This document shows positions 10,701 to 19,348 of a stretch of 64,000 nt of DNA, piece after piece. Where the stretch lies: assembly GCA_963422395.1 (NCBI GenBank), contig OY729431.1:2304001-2368000 (forward strand), given 5' to 3'. Within the stretch, counting starts at the first letter, position 1; each line of letters opens with the position of its first letter. Below the pieces are notes generated by a model. That model saw only the letters and a list, made by a program, of their open reading frames with translations, was not told where the DNA came from and ran no database searches. The position numbers and the translations under genes are program-made. Origin of the DNA: Vicinamibacteria bacterium. Its GTDB lineage: Bacteria > Acidobacteriota > Vicinamibacteria > Marinacidobacterales > Marinacidobacteraceae.

Positions 10701-11301
10701 AGACACCGTCCACGGTGTAGTTGTTGCCGCGCAGCGGACCGCCGCCGAGGGATAGCAACGAGGAGTTCGTCTGGTCGGACTGCTTCACCCAGACCGGGTT
10801 GCCGGTGTGGACGACATTCGGGGTTCCGACCGCGAGGATGAACACATTCCGGCCCGGAGTGGGCAGGACCTCCAGCTCCGCCCGGCTCACTGCCGAAGCG
10901 ACCGAAGCAGTGGCGGTCTCGATCAGCGGGGTCTCGCCGGTGACGGTCACCGTCTCCTCGATGCCGCCGATGGAAAGCGAGACATCCACCACCAGGAACG
11001 AGGACACCCCGACGATGAGGCCTTCGCTCACGAATGGGGCGAAGCCGCTCAGCTCGGCGCGCAGAGCGTAGGTGCCGGGCTGGACATTGGCGAAGGAGTA
11101 CTCGCCCACCGCGTTCGAAACCGCGGTCCGGGAAACACCGGTGTCTTCGTTGTCGAGCGTCACCGAGACGCCGGGAAGGACGCCCCCGTCGGCGTCCTGG
11201 ATCACGCCGCGGACGCCGCCCTGGAAGGTCTGGGCGAATGCGCCCGACGCAAGTCCGAGAGCGCCGAGCACCGCGGCGGTTCTAAACAGAAACGATCTCA
11301 T
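7777..11301 (-). CDS. Oar-like TonB-dependent receptor with N-terminal carboxypeptidase-regulatory domain
   Basis: Signal peptide MRSFLF...AFA; 'GGVLPGVSVTL'; 'YDAEMGRTGGGVFNVISRSGTN'; 'QDDWRPSQNLVLNLGLR'; C-terminal Phe (KVTF). GGAGG-type SD before ATG 11301. Confidence 0.92.
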   Translation of the reverse strand: MRSFLFRTAAVLGALGLASGAFAQTFQGGVRGVIQDADGGVLPGVSVTLDNEDTGVSRTAVSNAVGEYSFANVQPGTYALRAELSGFAPFVSEGLIVGVSSFLVVDVSLSIGGIEETVTVTGETPLIETATASVASAVSRAELEVLPTPGRNVFILAVGTPNVVHTGNPVWVKQSDQTNSSLLSLGGGPLRGNNYTVDGVSTTDLRNRTAIVPIFDAVQEMKVQVNTYDAEMGRTGGGVFNVISRSGTNNWGGAAAYQHRPGDVNTFWRALSYTDQVAYDALSSEEQNAKEYAARPFKLGAGSFGGPIIRDRTFFWVSSEGFKDLLADNTEVIIPTAAEAAGDFSGSGMTIYNPFDLDANGNRKPFPGNVIPANMIDPAGRGLAQLLTSLGPGGPISSSGAQTTTALQADGNLSHTFSDSWQFSGTYLYYTSKEGAFQQYTDLLGADSAPAYGIGAADLLRDVHTVALNNTFVVGDSSVLTLRYGQMYFNDSVINPVYSQDQISSELGIQGSFLSQIYGQAGYEGQFPSITVSNFGDGGSTHGSWSNTDVQWTSREVSGTYSQFLGNHTLKYGGQWRRMGLHAASFENGFSMSFAQKFTQGPNPTAPESGSGSAMADLLLGIPDGGSATIAEAADVYIDYFGGFVQDDWRPSQNLVLNLGLRLEHESGLMEDDDGFAVGWDRANPFPLQAALDPSLEGTLPGFPLRGGLMYAGIDGNPTHQWDPPSIKLGPRVGFAYTINPETVIRGGYALFWAPYAIPSGTGATHLGTYGYTEVTDLQTSLDGRTPPRATASNPFPDGIGNPVGNGNGRFQNIGQGVYFNEQFRASPYINKWSLDIQRDIGNDLAVKIGYVGSQGADIPIGGTNNSVVNINQLADQYLSLGERLNDQYPNPFYGDSRFGSFSSEKTLPLGQLLRPYPHFRDVLARHVSSGKSLYNALRVEFEKRFRGNWGARINYTFTKHDDNIYENNQLLENETGTIYNTPDECAYGKCPVFDADYGPSRVHVPHQMNINGTYRTPGDNPIFGGWALSVVTIMRSGFPLVITQNSNPLSAYGFDHQRPTSANVSGGGNPKGSHTSYLSAGDAGLTEGLTLSNAPQTTDSVRSPVLLNWDVSLEKTTSLYEDMNLTLRFEFIDLFNHVNWRGPRTVLGNSNFGSIPGTRGYPRTFQFMAKVTF

Positions 11302-11745
11302 GAGTCCCTCCTGGGTCCGAATCGAGTTCATGAGCGTGAGGCCCGGCGAAGCGGACGATCCACGAACGAAAAGTGCGAAGCCGGCGAGAAAGCCGATGAG
11401 GCAGTCTGAAAATCACAGGCAAGAGGCGAGACGGTACCGGATTCGGCATCCACCCGCAAGCAAGCGATAGAGCAAACGCCGGACCGAACCGCCGGAGGCG
11501 CCGTGCCACCACACGAAATTCAACGCAATTCATTCGAGTCATAGTATTTTCAACAAACCTCGCGACTCATGGAGAGGCCGGAGCAGAACGGGCGGAATCC
11601 GGCAGGCCGAATTCCCGGTGCGATGGACTCCAACGGCCCGGATGCCGTGAGCGGCGCGCCTTGCTCCCTGCCCGCAGCCAGCGGACGCCGCCGCTCCCGG
11701 AAGGTGCGGCTCGGGCGGCCGAGGCTCCGGTCGCTGCGAGGGCGG

Positions 11746-12939
11746 CTAGCGTCCCGGGGCCGAGGAGCCGAGGGCCGCCATCCGGGCGAAGAAATCGGCG
11801 TGGCCGGCGAGGATGCGTTCTTCGGCCTCGCGGTTCGGATCGAGGGACCACTCGCCCCGCTCGCGGGTGCCGCCGAGCAGGATCCCGTCGGCGCGCGGCA
11901 TCATGTAGAGGCCCTGGTTCAGGGCGATGTAACGGATCTCGGGCTGGGGGAGGAGAACGGTGAGCTGACCCTTGAGGGGAATCAGCTCCTCGTCCCCGGT
12001 CAGCGCACGGGCGCCGATCCCCGTGCAATTGACCACTCGGTGCTCAGGGAGGGCTGCGATCTCGTCGAGAGAACGGAAATCGCGGATCCGCAGACTGCCT
12101 CCCGCGAGCTGGAAGTCGCGCATCAGCGCGCCGAGATAGATCGGCGGCTCGATCATCATCGTGTGGAACTGGCGGGCGTAGCGGGACGGGAAGGGATGCG
12201 TCCCGGGCGCGAGGTCGCGGCTGTCGGGGAAGAGGTCCGCGAGGGGTTCGGGGCCGACCGGGCCGCCGAAGGGGATCTCGCTCAGCGGGTAGTTGGGCAG
12301 CCAATGGACGCCGTAGCGGGCGCCCACCAGGTTCTGGAAGATCCGATGGGCGATCCGGGCGGCGCGCTCGAAGCGGATCTGGAAAGCATCGGTGTGGACC
12401 CGCGGATCGGAGATCGAGAACGGCGACCATTGGGCGCAGGCCACATTGGAGGTCGTGCGCGGGGGCAGCTCCTTCGTATAGATCGTGACCTGCACGCCGC
12501 GGCGCTGGAGCAGCCGGGCGCTGGCGAGGCCGACGGCGCCGCAGCCGATCACTGCCGCCCGAGCGGGAGGCGGCCCCTCGCCGAGCAACTCCTCGACCGC
12601 GAGCCAGGCGGTCCCCCAGGACAGGGAGACCCCGCCGCCGCCGTGGCCGTAGTTGTGGACGAGGGTGCGCCCGCCCCCGAGGTCCTCGGCTTCGACCCGG
12701 AAGCCCGCCGGACGGAAGGGCCGGAGCCCGACCACCGTGCGGATGACCCGCTCGCGGGAGACTCTCACCGGTGGGAGCCGAAACGCGGATTCGGGCGGGG
12801 CATCGGGCGTCATCAGCGGCCGGCCGGCACAGGCGGCTGCGGCCCCGGCGGCGAAACCGGAAGCGAGCCTTCCCGCGGCCCCCAGAAGCCGCCGGCGAGA
12901 AACGGGCGCTTCCACCGGAGAGATTTCGAGCGGAAGCAT
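11746..12939 (-). CDS. FAD-dependent D-amino-acid oxidase family protein, Tat-exported, circularly permuted
   Basis: SRRRLL Tat motif. GLRPFR and HNYGHGGGG precede the FAD motif VIGCGAVG. Also 'VVNCTGIGARAL' and 'PLKGQL'. Start uncertain (12939 or 12915). Confidence 0.85.
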   Translation of the reverse strand: MLPLEISPVEAPVSRRRLLGAAGRLASGFAAGAAAACAGRPLMTPDAPPESAFRLPPVRVSRERVIRTVVGLRPFRPAGFRVEAEDLGGGRTLVHNYGHGGGGVSLSWGTAWLAVEELLGEGPPPARAAVIGCGAVGLASARLLQRRGVQVTIYTKELPPRTTSNVACAQWSPFSISDPRVHTDAFQIRFERAARIAHRIFQNLVGARYGVHWLPNYPLSEIPFGGPVGPEPLADLFPDSRDLAPGTHPFPSRYARQFHTMMIEPPIYLGALMRDFQLAGGSLRIRDFRSLDEIAALPEHRVVNCTGIGARALTGDEELIPLKGQLTVLLPQPEIRYIALNQGLYMMPRADGILLGGTRERGEWSLDPNREAEERILAGHADFFARMAALGSSAPGR

Positions 12940-13015
12940 CGGAAGCGGCTTCGACAAGCCTCCTATACTAAGACCGTCCGGCAGCGAAGCTCCGGCCACA
13001 CGGGAGGCGGACACC

Positions 13016-13741
13016 ATGGATCGCAGACTCTTTCTGAAAGCGGCGGCGGCGGTGAGCGGCGCGGGGATCGTCGGGGTGAACGACCGTGCCGAAGCGCTGG
13101 AACACGAGATGATCCGGCTGCTCGAAGCGCCGGAACGTCCCTCGCTCGGGCGGTCCGAAGGCGATTCGCCCCTCGCTCCGATGCCGGAGAAACCCACGCT
13201 GGTGGACTTCTTCGAACACCGGTTCGCACCGGCCTCCCATGTGCTGCAAAGCGCCACCCGGGCCATGGAGCACGGGATGAGCGAGGAGATCGTCCTCGCC
13301 TGCCTGCTCCACGACCTCTCGGTGATGAATCTGGTGCGTGCCGACCACGGTTGGTGGTGTGCGCAGATGATCGAGCCGTATGTCCCCGAGCGGGTGGCGT
13401 GGGCCATCCGGTATCACCAGGCGCTCCGCTTCTTCCCCGACCCGTCGGTGGGTTACGAGTATCCCGAGATGTATGTCCGGATGTTCGGGGCCGACCATGA
13501 GCCCGAGCCCTACATCCACGCGGCGCACGACTACGCCCGGAACCACCAGTGGTACATGGACGCGCGATCCATCACGATGCACGACGACTACAGTTTCGAC
13601 CCGGACGCCGAGGTCTCCATCGACCCGTTCGTGGACATCATCGGCCGTCACTTCCGCCAGCCGAAGGAAGGGCTCGGCTTCGACAACAGCCCCGTCGCCC
13701 ACATGTGGCGGACGATGATCGACCCCCGCCGCCGACTGTAG
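13016..13741 (+). CDS. HD-domain metalloprotein (PhnZ/MIOX-like ligand spacing) with Tat signal
   Basis: GGGAGG SD; MDRRLFLK Tat motif; 'HVLQSATRA...CLLHD...DHG...YHQ...HDD'. Confidence 0.8.
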   Translation: MDRRLFLKAAAAVSGAGIVGVNDRAEALEHEMIRLLEAPERPSLGRSEGDSPLAPMPEKPTLVDFFEHRFAPASHVLQSATRAMEHGMSEEIVLACLLHDLSVMNLVRADHGWWCAQMIEPYVPERVAWAIRYHQALRFFPDPSVGYEYPEMYVRMFGADHEPEPYIHAAHDYARNHQWYMDARSITMHDDYSFDPDAEVSIDPFVDIIGRHFRQPKEGLGFDNSPVAHMWRTMIDPRRRL

Positions 13742-13762
13742 CGGCAGCGGGGGAAGGGTGCG

Positions 13763-15064
13763 TCACCGGTCGAGGCGGCGCAGGACTCCGTAGACCAGCG
13801 CTCCGGCGCTGGCGGTGGCGAGGCCGAACAGGGACTCGACGGGGCGTTCCGCGAGGGTATAGCCGAGGGTCCAGACGCTCATCGCGAGGAAGAACAGCGG
13901 AATCCACGGGTGGAGCGGGGCGCGGAAGCGGCCCTGGACCGCTCCCCGGACGCGGCCCCGGCGCAGGGGGAACACTCCGGCGACGGTGACCGCCGTCATC
14001 AGATTCAGGGTGAACCCGGCGTAGAGGAGGATCTGTTCGAAGGTCCCCGAGTACAGGAGCAGCAGGGTCACTGCGAGCTGGAGGAGCAGGCCGCGGTGAG
14101 GAACGCCGCCCGGGCCGGTGCGGCCCAGGGGTCTCAGCAGAGGCTCGTCCTCCCCCATCGCGCGGATCACCCGCGGCCCCAGGAAAACCATCGCACTGAC
14201 CGTCGAAGCGAGGACGAGCGCGATTACCGCGGCCATGATCCGCCCCCCGGAGGCACCCAGGATGCGGTCGGCGGCGAGGTAACCGATCTCGATCCGGCCG
14301 GCGAGTTCGTCCAGCGGCACCGCCCGCAGGATCACGAAGTTGACGAGGACATAGAGAAGGGTGACCAGCAGGGTTCCGGCGACGAGCGCCCGGGCGAGGC
14401 GTTCGGGACGCCGCAGGTCCCCGACGATGTACACGGCGGCGTTCCAGCCGGTGTAGGCGTAGGAGACGAAAACGAGCGAAACCGCGAAACCCGGGCTCGC
14501 CAGGAGGCCCGGATCCCCCGGCCGGAGTTCGAGGGGAGTCGAGATGCCCGCGGCCAGCAGCCCGAGAACGCAGAAGACGGCGACCACCAGGATCTTCACC
14601 GCGGTGAGCAGGTTGTTGATCCCGCTCCCCCAGCGGACCGGAAGGGAATGCACCGCAGTGAAGAGGAGGACTGCGGCGGCGGCGCCGTGGGTCGGCTCGA
14701 TCCCGGGGACCACCGGCTGCAGGTAGGTGGCCATCGCCACCGCGGCGAGGGCGGTCGGCGCCGCAAAGCCGACCGTTGCCGAAACACAGCCGGCGGCGAA
14801 TCCCGCCGCCGGATGGAGAGTGCGGCGGAGCAGCGCGTACTCACCGCCGGAGTGCGGGAGCGCCGCACCGAGTTCGCCGTACACCAGGGCTCCGGCGAGC
14901 GCCACCATGCCCCCGACGACCCAGAGGAGGAGCGCGGGGAAGGCGGACGGGACCGCGGCCACCTGGAAGCCGAGGCTCGTGAACACCCCGGTCCCGATCA
15001 TGTTCGCCACCACGAAGAGGGCAGCGGTTCCCGTGGAAAGGCCGAGGGCGGCGGCGCGGGTCAG
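13763..15064 (-). CDS. APC family amino acid permease; probable CTG start
   Basis: 'VANMIGTGVFTSLG', 'YGELGAALPHSGGEY', 'YAYTGWN'; about 12 TM segments. TM1 extends upstream of GTG 15013 to CTG 15064. Confidence 0.88.
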   Translation of the reverse strand: MTRAAALGLSTGTAALFVVANMIGTGVFTSLGFQVAAVPSAFPALLLWVVGGMVALAGALVYGELGAALPHSGGEYALLRRTLHPAAGFAAGCVSATVGFAAPTALAAVAMATYLQPVVPGIEPTHGAAAAVLLFTAVHSLPVRWGSGINNLLTAVKILVVAVFCVLGLLAAGISTPLELRPGDPGLLASPGFAVSLVFVSYAYTGWNAAVYIVGDLRRPERLARALVAGTLLVTLLYVLVNFVILRAVPLDELAGRIEIGYLAADRILGASGGRIMAAVIALVLASTVSAMVFLGPRVIRAMGEDEPLLRPLGRTGPGGVPHRGLLLQLAVTLLLLYSGTFEQILLYAGFTLNLMTAVTVAGVFPLRRGRVRGAVQGRFRAPLHPWIPLFFLAMSVWTLGYTLAERPVESLFGLATASAGALVYGVLRRLDR

Positions 15065-15155
15065 GGTTCTGGATTCCTCGGTGTCTCGTCGGGATTTCGG
15101 CGGCGGGCGGAAACAGCCTCCCCGGAAGCAGCGGTCCGGCGATCGGCTCCGGCGG

Positions 15156-15653
15156 TCAGCGAGCCGCGATCATGTCGATTTCGAGCAGCGCGCCGAGCGG
15201 GATGGCCGCCACTGCGACCGTGGTCCGGACCGGCGGCACCGCCCCTTCGGGGAAATAGGAGGCGTACACCTCGTTCATCGCAGCGAAGTCTTCGACATCG
15301 GCGAGAAACACCCCGGTCCGGACCACATCCCCGAATCCGAGGCCGGCCTCTTCCAGGACTGCCTGGAGGTTTTGCATCACCTGGTGGGTCTGCTCGCTGA
15401 TCCCGCCTTCGACCAAGCCTCCCCCTCCGGGATCGAGAGCGATCTGCCCGGCGAGGAACACGAAGCCGGAGACCTCCACCCCCGCCGAATAGGGACCGAC
15501 GGGGGGAATGCGGCCGTTCCACCGAATCTTCGTCGGCGCGGGATCCTCGGCGGCAGGAGCCGGGGGCGGCGGCGAACAGGAGAGCGCAACTCCGAGAGCG
15601 GCGAGCGCCGACAGCGCGCCGGGCAAGAGGGAGCGAGTGGAGAAGGAACGCAT
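15156..15653 (-). CDS. Rid (RidA/YjgF/UK114) family protein with lipoprotein signal
   Basis: 'GPYSAGV...FVFLAGQI', 'DFAAMNEVYASYF', 'PPVRTTV...LLEID' with the catalytic Arg. N-terminal ALSC lipobox and Pro linker. Confidence 0.88.
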   Translation of the reverse strand: MRSFSTRSLLPGALSALAALGVALSCSPPPPAPAAEDPAPTKIRWNGRIPPVGPYSAGVEVSGFVFLAGQIALDPGGGGLVEGGISEQTHQVMQNLQAVLEEAGLGFGDVVRTGVFLADVEDFAAMNEVYASYFPEGAVPPVRTTVAVAAIPLGALLEIDMIAAR

Positions 15654-15699
15654 GGAGAAGCCTCCGCGGAAACCGCCGGATGGTACCCGGCTCCCGCGC

Positions 15700-16388
15700 G
15701 CGGTTGGGGAGCGGGGCGTGATGGTTGCGTCTCGCATCCTCGTGGGACGAACGGGACGCCCCGCTCCCCAACCGCCCGGCGGCTCCGCGCCGGGAATCGC
15801 ACTCCTGCCGCACAACGAGTTCCCCACACTCGGTTCGCGTCCAAACTGAACCGGGGCGGCAGCGAGTCCGATTCGAAGTCACCATTCTGTGAACGGGGGT
15901 GAACCCCCTTTCACACTTTCCCCCGCTGCGCCGCGCCCGAGCCACAGCCTCGGGCGCAACAGGTGTTTTTCTGGCCACGGTCAGGAGTCGCAGCTCTCTC
16001 GGGCGGGGCGTGATGTCAGGTTGCGTCTCGCATCCTCGTGGGACGAACGGGACGCCCCGCTCCCCAACCGCCCGGCGCTCCGCGCCGGGAATCGCACTCC
16101 TGCCGCACAACGAGTTCCCCACACTCGGTTCGCGTCCAAACTGAACCGGGGCGGCAGCGAGTCCGATTCGAAGTCACCATTCTGTGAACGGGGGTGAACC
16201 CCCTTTCACACTTTCCCCCGCTCCGACGCGCCCGAGCCACAGCCTCGGGCGCAACAGCTGTTTTCTGGCCACGGTCAGGAGTCGCAGCTCTCTCGGGCGG
16301 GGCGTGATGTCAGGTTGCGTCTCGCATCCTCGTGGGACGAACGGGACGCCCCGCTCCCCAACCGCCCGGCGCTCCGCGCCGGGAATCG
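15700..16388. repeat. Intergenic tandem array of a ~295-bp palindromic unit (about 2.3 copies)
   Basis: Anchor ggttgcgtctcgcatcc at 15723, 16019 and 16313 (periods 296 and 294). Internal hairpins. A perfect 20-bp inverted repeat at 15700-15719/15756-15775. Confidence 0.92.
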
Positions 16389-16426
16389 GATTCCAAGCCA
16401 CCGTTTCACGGATACCATTCCGGCTC

Positions 16427-16939
16427 GTGTGGAAGCGTCCCGAACCCGGTGAGTGCGCCGGCTATTACCGCGATGTCATCCGTCTGGTACCCGACGGCGA
16501 CCTGCCGGAGACCGCAGTTCGGGAGATGGCGGCGCTCCGATCGCTTCTCGGCGGAGCCCCCGCAGGGGCGGCGGCCGCGGGATATGCCCCGGGCAAGTGG
16601 TCCCTCGAACAGGTCGTAGGACACATCGCGGATGTGGAGCGGATCATGATGGTGCGGGCGCTGCGGTTCGCCCGCGGGGATGACGCGCCGCTTCCCGGGA
16701 TGGAACAGGAATCCTACGCGGCGGCAGCGGGGCACGAGCGGCGGCCGCTCTCCTCACTGCTCGACGAACTGGAGAGTGTTCGCGGAGCGACGGTGAGCCT
16801 GATGCGCTCTTTCGATCCGGCGGCACTCGAGCGGGTCGGCGAAGCGAGCGGATTCCGTTTCACGGTGCGCGCGATCTGCTTCCACGCCGTAGGCCATGCG
16901 ATCCACCACCGATTGGTGATCGAGGACCGCTACCTCTGA
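16427..16939 (+). CDS. DinB/YfiT-like four-helix metal-binding protein
   Basis: 'RPEPGECAGYY', 'YAPGKWSLEQVVGHIADVER', 'VGHAIHH'. Confidence 0.88.
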   Translation: MWKRPEPGECAGYYRDVIRLVPDGDLPETAVREMAALRSLLGGAPAGAAAAGYAPGKWSLEQVVGHIADVERIMMVRALRFARGDDAPLPGMEQESYAAAAGHERRPLSSLLDELESVRGATVSLMRSFDPAALERVGEASGFRFTVRAICFHAVGHAIHHRLVIEDRYL

Positions 16940-18203
16940 AGCCCGTGGTTCGCGGATCACGGCGCGGGGCGGGCCCTTCTCCCGGCATGACGAGCGCTGC
17001 TGCCAGCGGAACGAGCCCGAGAGCTGCCCCGGTGAGCGAGACAGCGGGGAATCCGAAGTGGGCCATCACGCCCCCGGACACCACGCTCGCGACGGCGGCG
17101 ATCATCCAGTTCAGCGAGTCGGCGAGTCCCTGGCGGCGGACCTTCCGCGCGGAATCGGGTCCCGTGGACAGCAGAGTGCTGGCCGCCACGAAGGCGAGGC
17201 ACCAGCCGAGGCCCAACAGGTAGAGCGCGATCCCGAGCCAGGCGCCCGTCCCCGGACCGAGCCCGGCGAGCAGGCCGGCAGCGAGGAGGACGGCGCCTCC
17301 GGCGGCGATCACCGGACGCTCGCCGAAGCGGTCGCAGAGGCTGCCGACCAGCGGAGAGAGCGCGAACATCCCGAGCGTGTGCGCCCCCATGATCGCCCCG
17401 AGACCGGTGAGGGAGCCGCCCCCGCCGACGACCCGGACCGGGGTCATGGTCATCACGACCAGCATCCCGGCGTGCGCCGCCGCCATCGAGACGACCCCCA
17501 GCCGAACCCGGCGCCGGGCGCCGGCGCCCTCCTCCGGGGAATCCGGCGTTCTTCGGGCGCCCGGAGAGGCGGCGCGGTCCGTCCGGAGCGAGCGCAATGC
17601 GCGGAGCGACCGGCTGCGGAAGAACAGCAGGCCCGCCCCCGCGAACAACAGCGACGCGGCCAGATAGGCGAGCGGGATCGGTTCCCCGCCGCCGACCGCC
17701 GCGAAACGCTCGATCCAGCTGAAGATCACCGGGGCGGCGAAGCTGCCCGCAACCGCCACCCACACCACGAGGCCGATGGCGCGCCCGCTCCGGTGCGGCG
17801 GGACCAGCAGCACCGCGGCGTAGCGGGTCAGGTGATAGGCAGCGTAGCCGGCGCCGAGCAGCAGGCTGCCGCCGAGATAGAGGCCGAACCAGTCGCCGTG
17901 GAGGGCCGCCGCAGCGGGGGCGAGGCAGGCCAGCGCCGCCACCGAGAACCCCAGGGCGAGGGCGGACGGGCGGCCGAGGCGCGGAATGAGCCAGGAAAGC
18001 AGCGGAGCGCCCCCGGCCACTCCGAGCACGAGCGCAGCGTTCGGGACTCCGATCCACCCGGAACCGGAGAGGTACCGCCCGGCGAGCACCGGGGTCACGG
18101 TGATGACGAGCAGATACGCGGTCGAAGCGAGGACCGCACCGGCGAGCAGGACGAGGAAGGCCCGCGCCGGGCGGGGGCTTCCGGCGGACCGCCGCGGCCG
18201 CAC
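16860..18203 (-). CDS. MFS transporter
   Basis: About 12 TM segments; motif A-like 'GSLCDRFGERPV'. GTG start overlaps the upstream TAG. The 3' end overlaps the convergent DinB gene by about 80 bp. Confidence 0.82.
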   Translation of the reverse strand: MRPRRSAGSPRPARAFLVLLAGAVLASTAYLLVITVTPVLAGRYLSGSGWIGVPNAALVLGVAGGAPLLSWLIPRLGRPSALALGFSVAALACLAPAAAALHGDWFGLYLGGSLLLGAGYAAYHLTRYAAVLLVPPHRSGRAIGLVVWVAVAGSFAAPVIFSWIERFAAVGGGEPIPLAYLAASLLFAGAGLLFFRSRSLRALRSLRTDRAASPGARRTPDSPEEGAGARRRVRLGVVSMAAAHAGMLVVMTMTPVRVVGGGGSLTGLGAIMGAHTLGMFALSPLVGSLCDRFGERPVIAAGGAVLLAAGLLAGLGPGTGAWLGIALYLLGLGWCLAFVAASTLLSTGPDSARKVRRQGLADSLNWMIAAVASVVSGGVMAHFGFPAVSLTGAALGLVPLAAALVMPGEGPAPRRDPRTTGFRGSGPRSPIGGGSHGLRRGSRSRAP

Positions 18204-19348
18204 TACTCTTCGGCTTCGGTGCGCAGGCGGGCGTCGAGACCCGTCAGCGCCTGACGCACCGGGCCGGCGAGGCTCTTGCCGCTCGCGAGCGCTTCGCGAT
18301 CCTCCGGGGCGAGGCCCAGCGCCGCCGCCCGCTCGATCAGTTCCTCGAGCGCATCGTCCTCGGGACCGACCTGCCAAGCGCCCGCAACCAGCTGGAGATC
18401 GTGGAGGTGGGCGGCGCCCGCTTCCTGGACTCGCTCGCGGTAGGAGAGCACTTCGGGCAAAACGAAGTCGTCGAACGATCCCACCACCTCGAAGACCGGC
18501 CGTCGCAGCTCGGCGGGCGGGGCCGGGAGAACCGGACTGGGGAAGGCGGCAACGGCGTCGAAGTAAGGCCAGAAGCGGCTTCCCTCGCGGGGGACCCCGG
18601 CAACGGCGGCATAGGCGGCGAATCCGGTTTCGGATCGGCTCCGATCTCCGGCGAGGGCGAGGCGGGCGCTTCGGCGAAGGGCGGCGGCGGCGGGGTCGCC
18701 GAGATCGGCGGCCACCAGCACGATCCCGTCGAAGGTGTCCCCGTCGGACGAAGCTGCGTAGCGGGCGAGGCCGCCCCCTTCCCGGTAGCCGAGCAGCAGG
18801 GTGCGCTCGGGATCGAGAGCCAGTCGGGGGCGGATCTGGTCGAACATGAGCCTCGCGAACGCCTCGGTGAGTCGATGGGCTTCGGGGCCGGCCCCGAGGC
18901 CGGCACGGTCGAAGCTGGCCCAGGCGAAGCCCTGGTCGAGCGCCCACCAGCCGACGAGATCGTCGAGTTCCGTCTCTCCGGTGCCGAGCTCGGCGCCGCC
19001 CAGGCCCCGCCGGATACCCCCGAGCCCTCGATGGGCGCCGATCACCAAGGCGCCGTTCCAGTCCGGCGGGCGGGCAGGATGACGAAGGACGAAGCGCCGC
19101 GGCGGTTCCCCCGGTGGGAGCCCGCGGCCGGGAGGAACCGAAGCCACGATCCCCTGGGTCACGAGAGCGTCGCCGTAGGAACGGCCGGGGAGGAGGGTTT
19201 CGCGGCCGCCGTGGATATAGAAGTGGAGGCGCGCGTCGCAGGCAGAGAGCGCAACGACCCCGACGAAAAGCGCAGCAAAACGGGCCGCCAAGAGAAAAGC
19301 GACCCGGAGAAAAAGCCCCGGGGTCCCTCGGAGGCCGTTCGACCTCAT
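18203..19348 (-). CDS. Hypothetical exported protein, degenerate alpha/beta-hydrolase (tannase-like) fold
   Basis: 'PPDWNGALVIGAH', 'LLGYREGG' (the nucleophile elbow lacks Ser), 'VVGSFDD'. Lipobox-like LSAC. Confidence 0.6.
   Translation of the reverse strand: MRSNGLRGTPGLFLRVAFLLAARFAALFVGVVALSACDARLHFYIHGGRETLLPGRSYGDALVTQGIVASVPPGRGLPPGEPPRRFVLRHPARPPDWNGALVIGAHRGLGGIRRGLGGAELGTGETELDDLVGWWALDQGFAWASFDRAGLGAGPEAHRLTEAFARLMFDQIRPRLALDPERTLLLGYREGGGLARYAASSDGDTFDGIVLVAADLGDPAAAALRRSARLALAGDRSRSETGFAAYAAVAGVPREGSRFWPYFDAVAAFPSPVLPAPPAELRRPVFEVVGSFDDFVLPEVLSYRERVQEAGAAHLHDLQLVAGAWQVGPEDDALEELIERAAALGLAPEDREALASGKSLAGPVRQALTGLDARLRTEAEE

Noticed and set aside
11495-11510. Possible sigma54 promoter (TGGCAC) upstream of the Oar-like receptor
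   Set aside because: The -12 TTGC element is missing at the required spacing.
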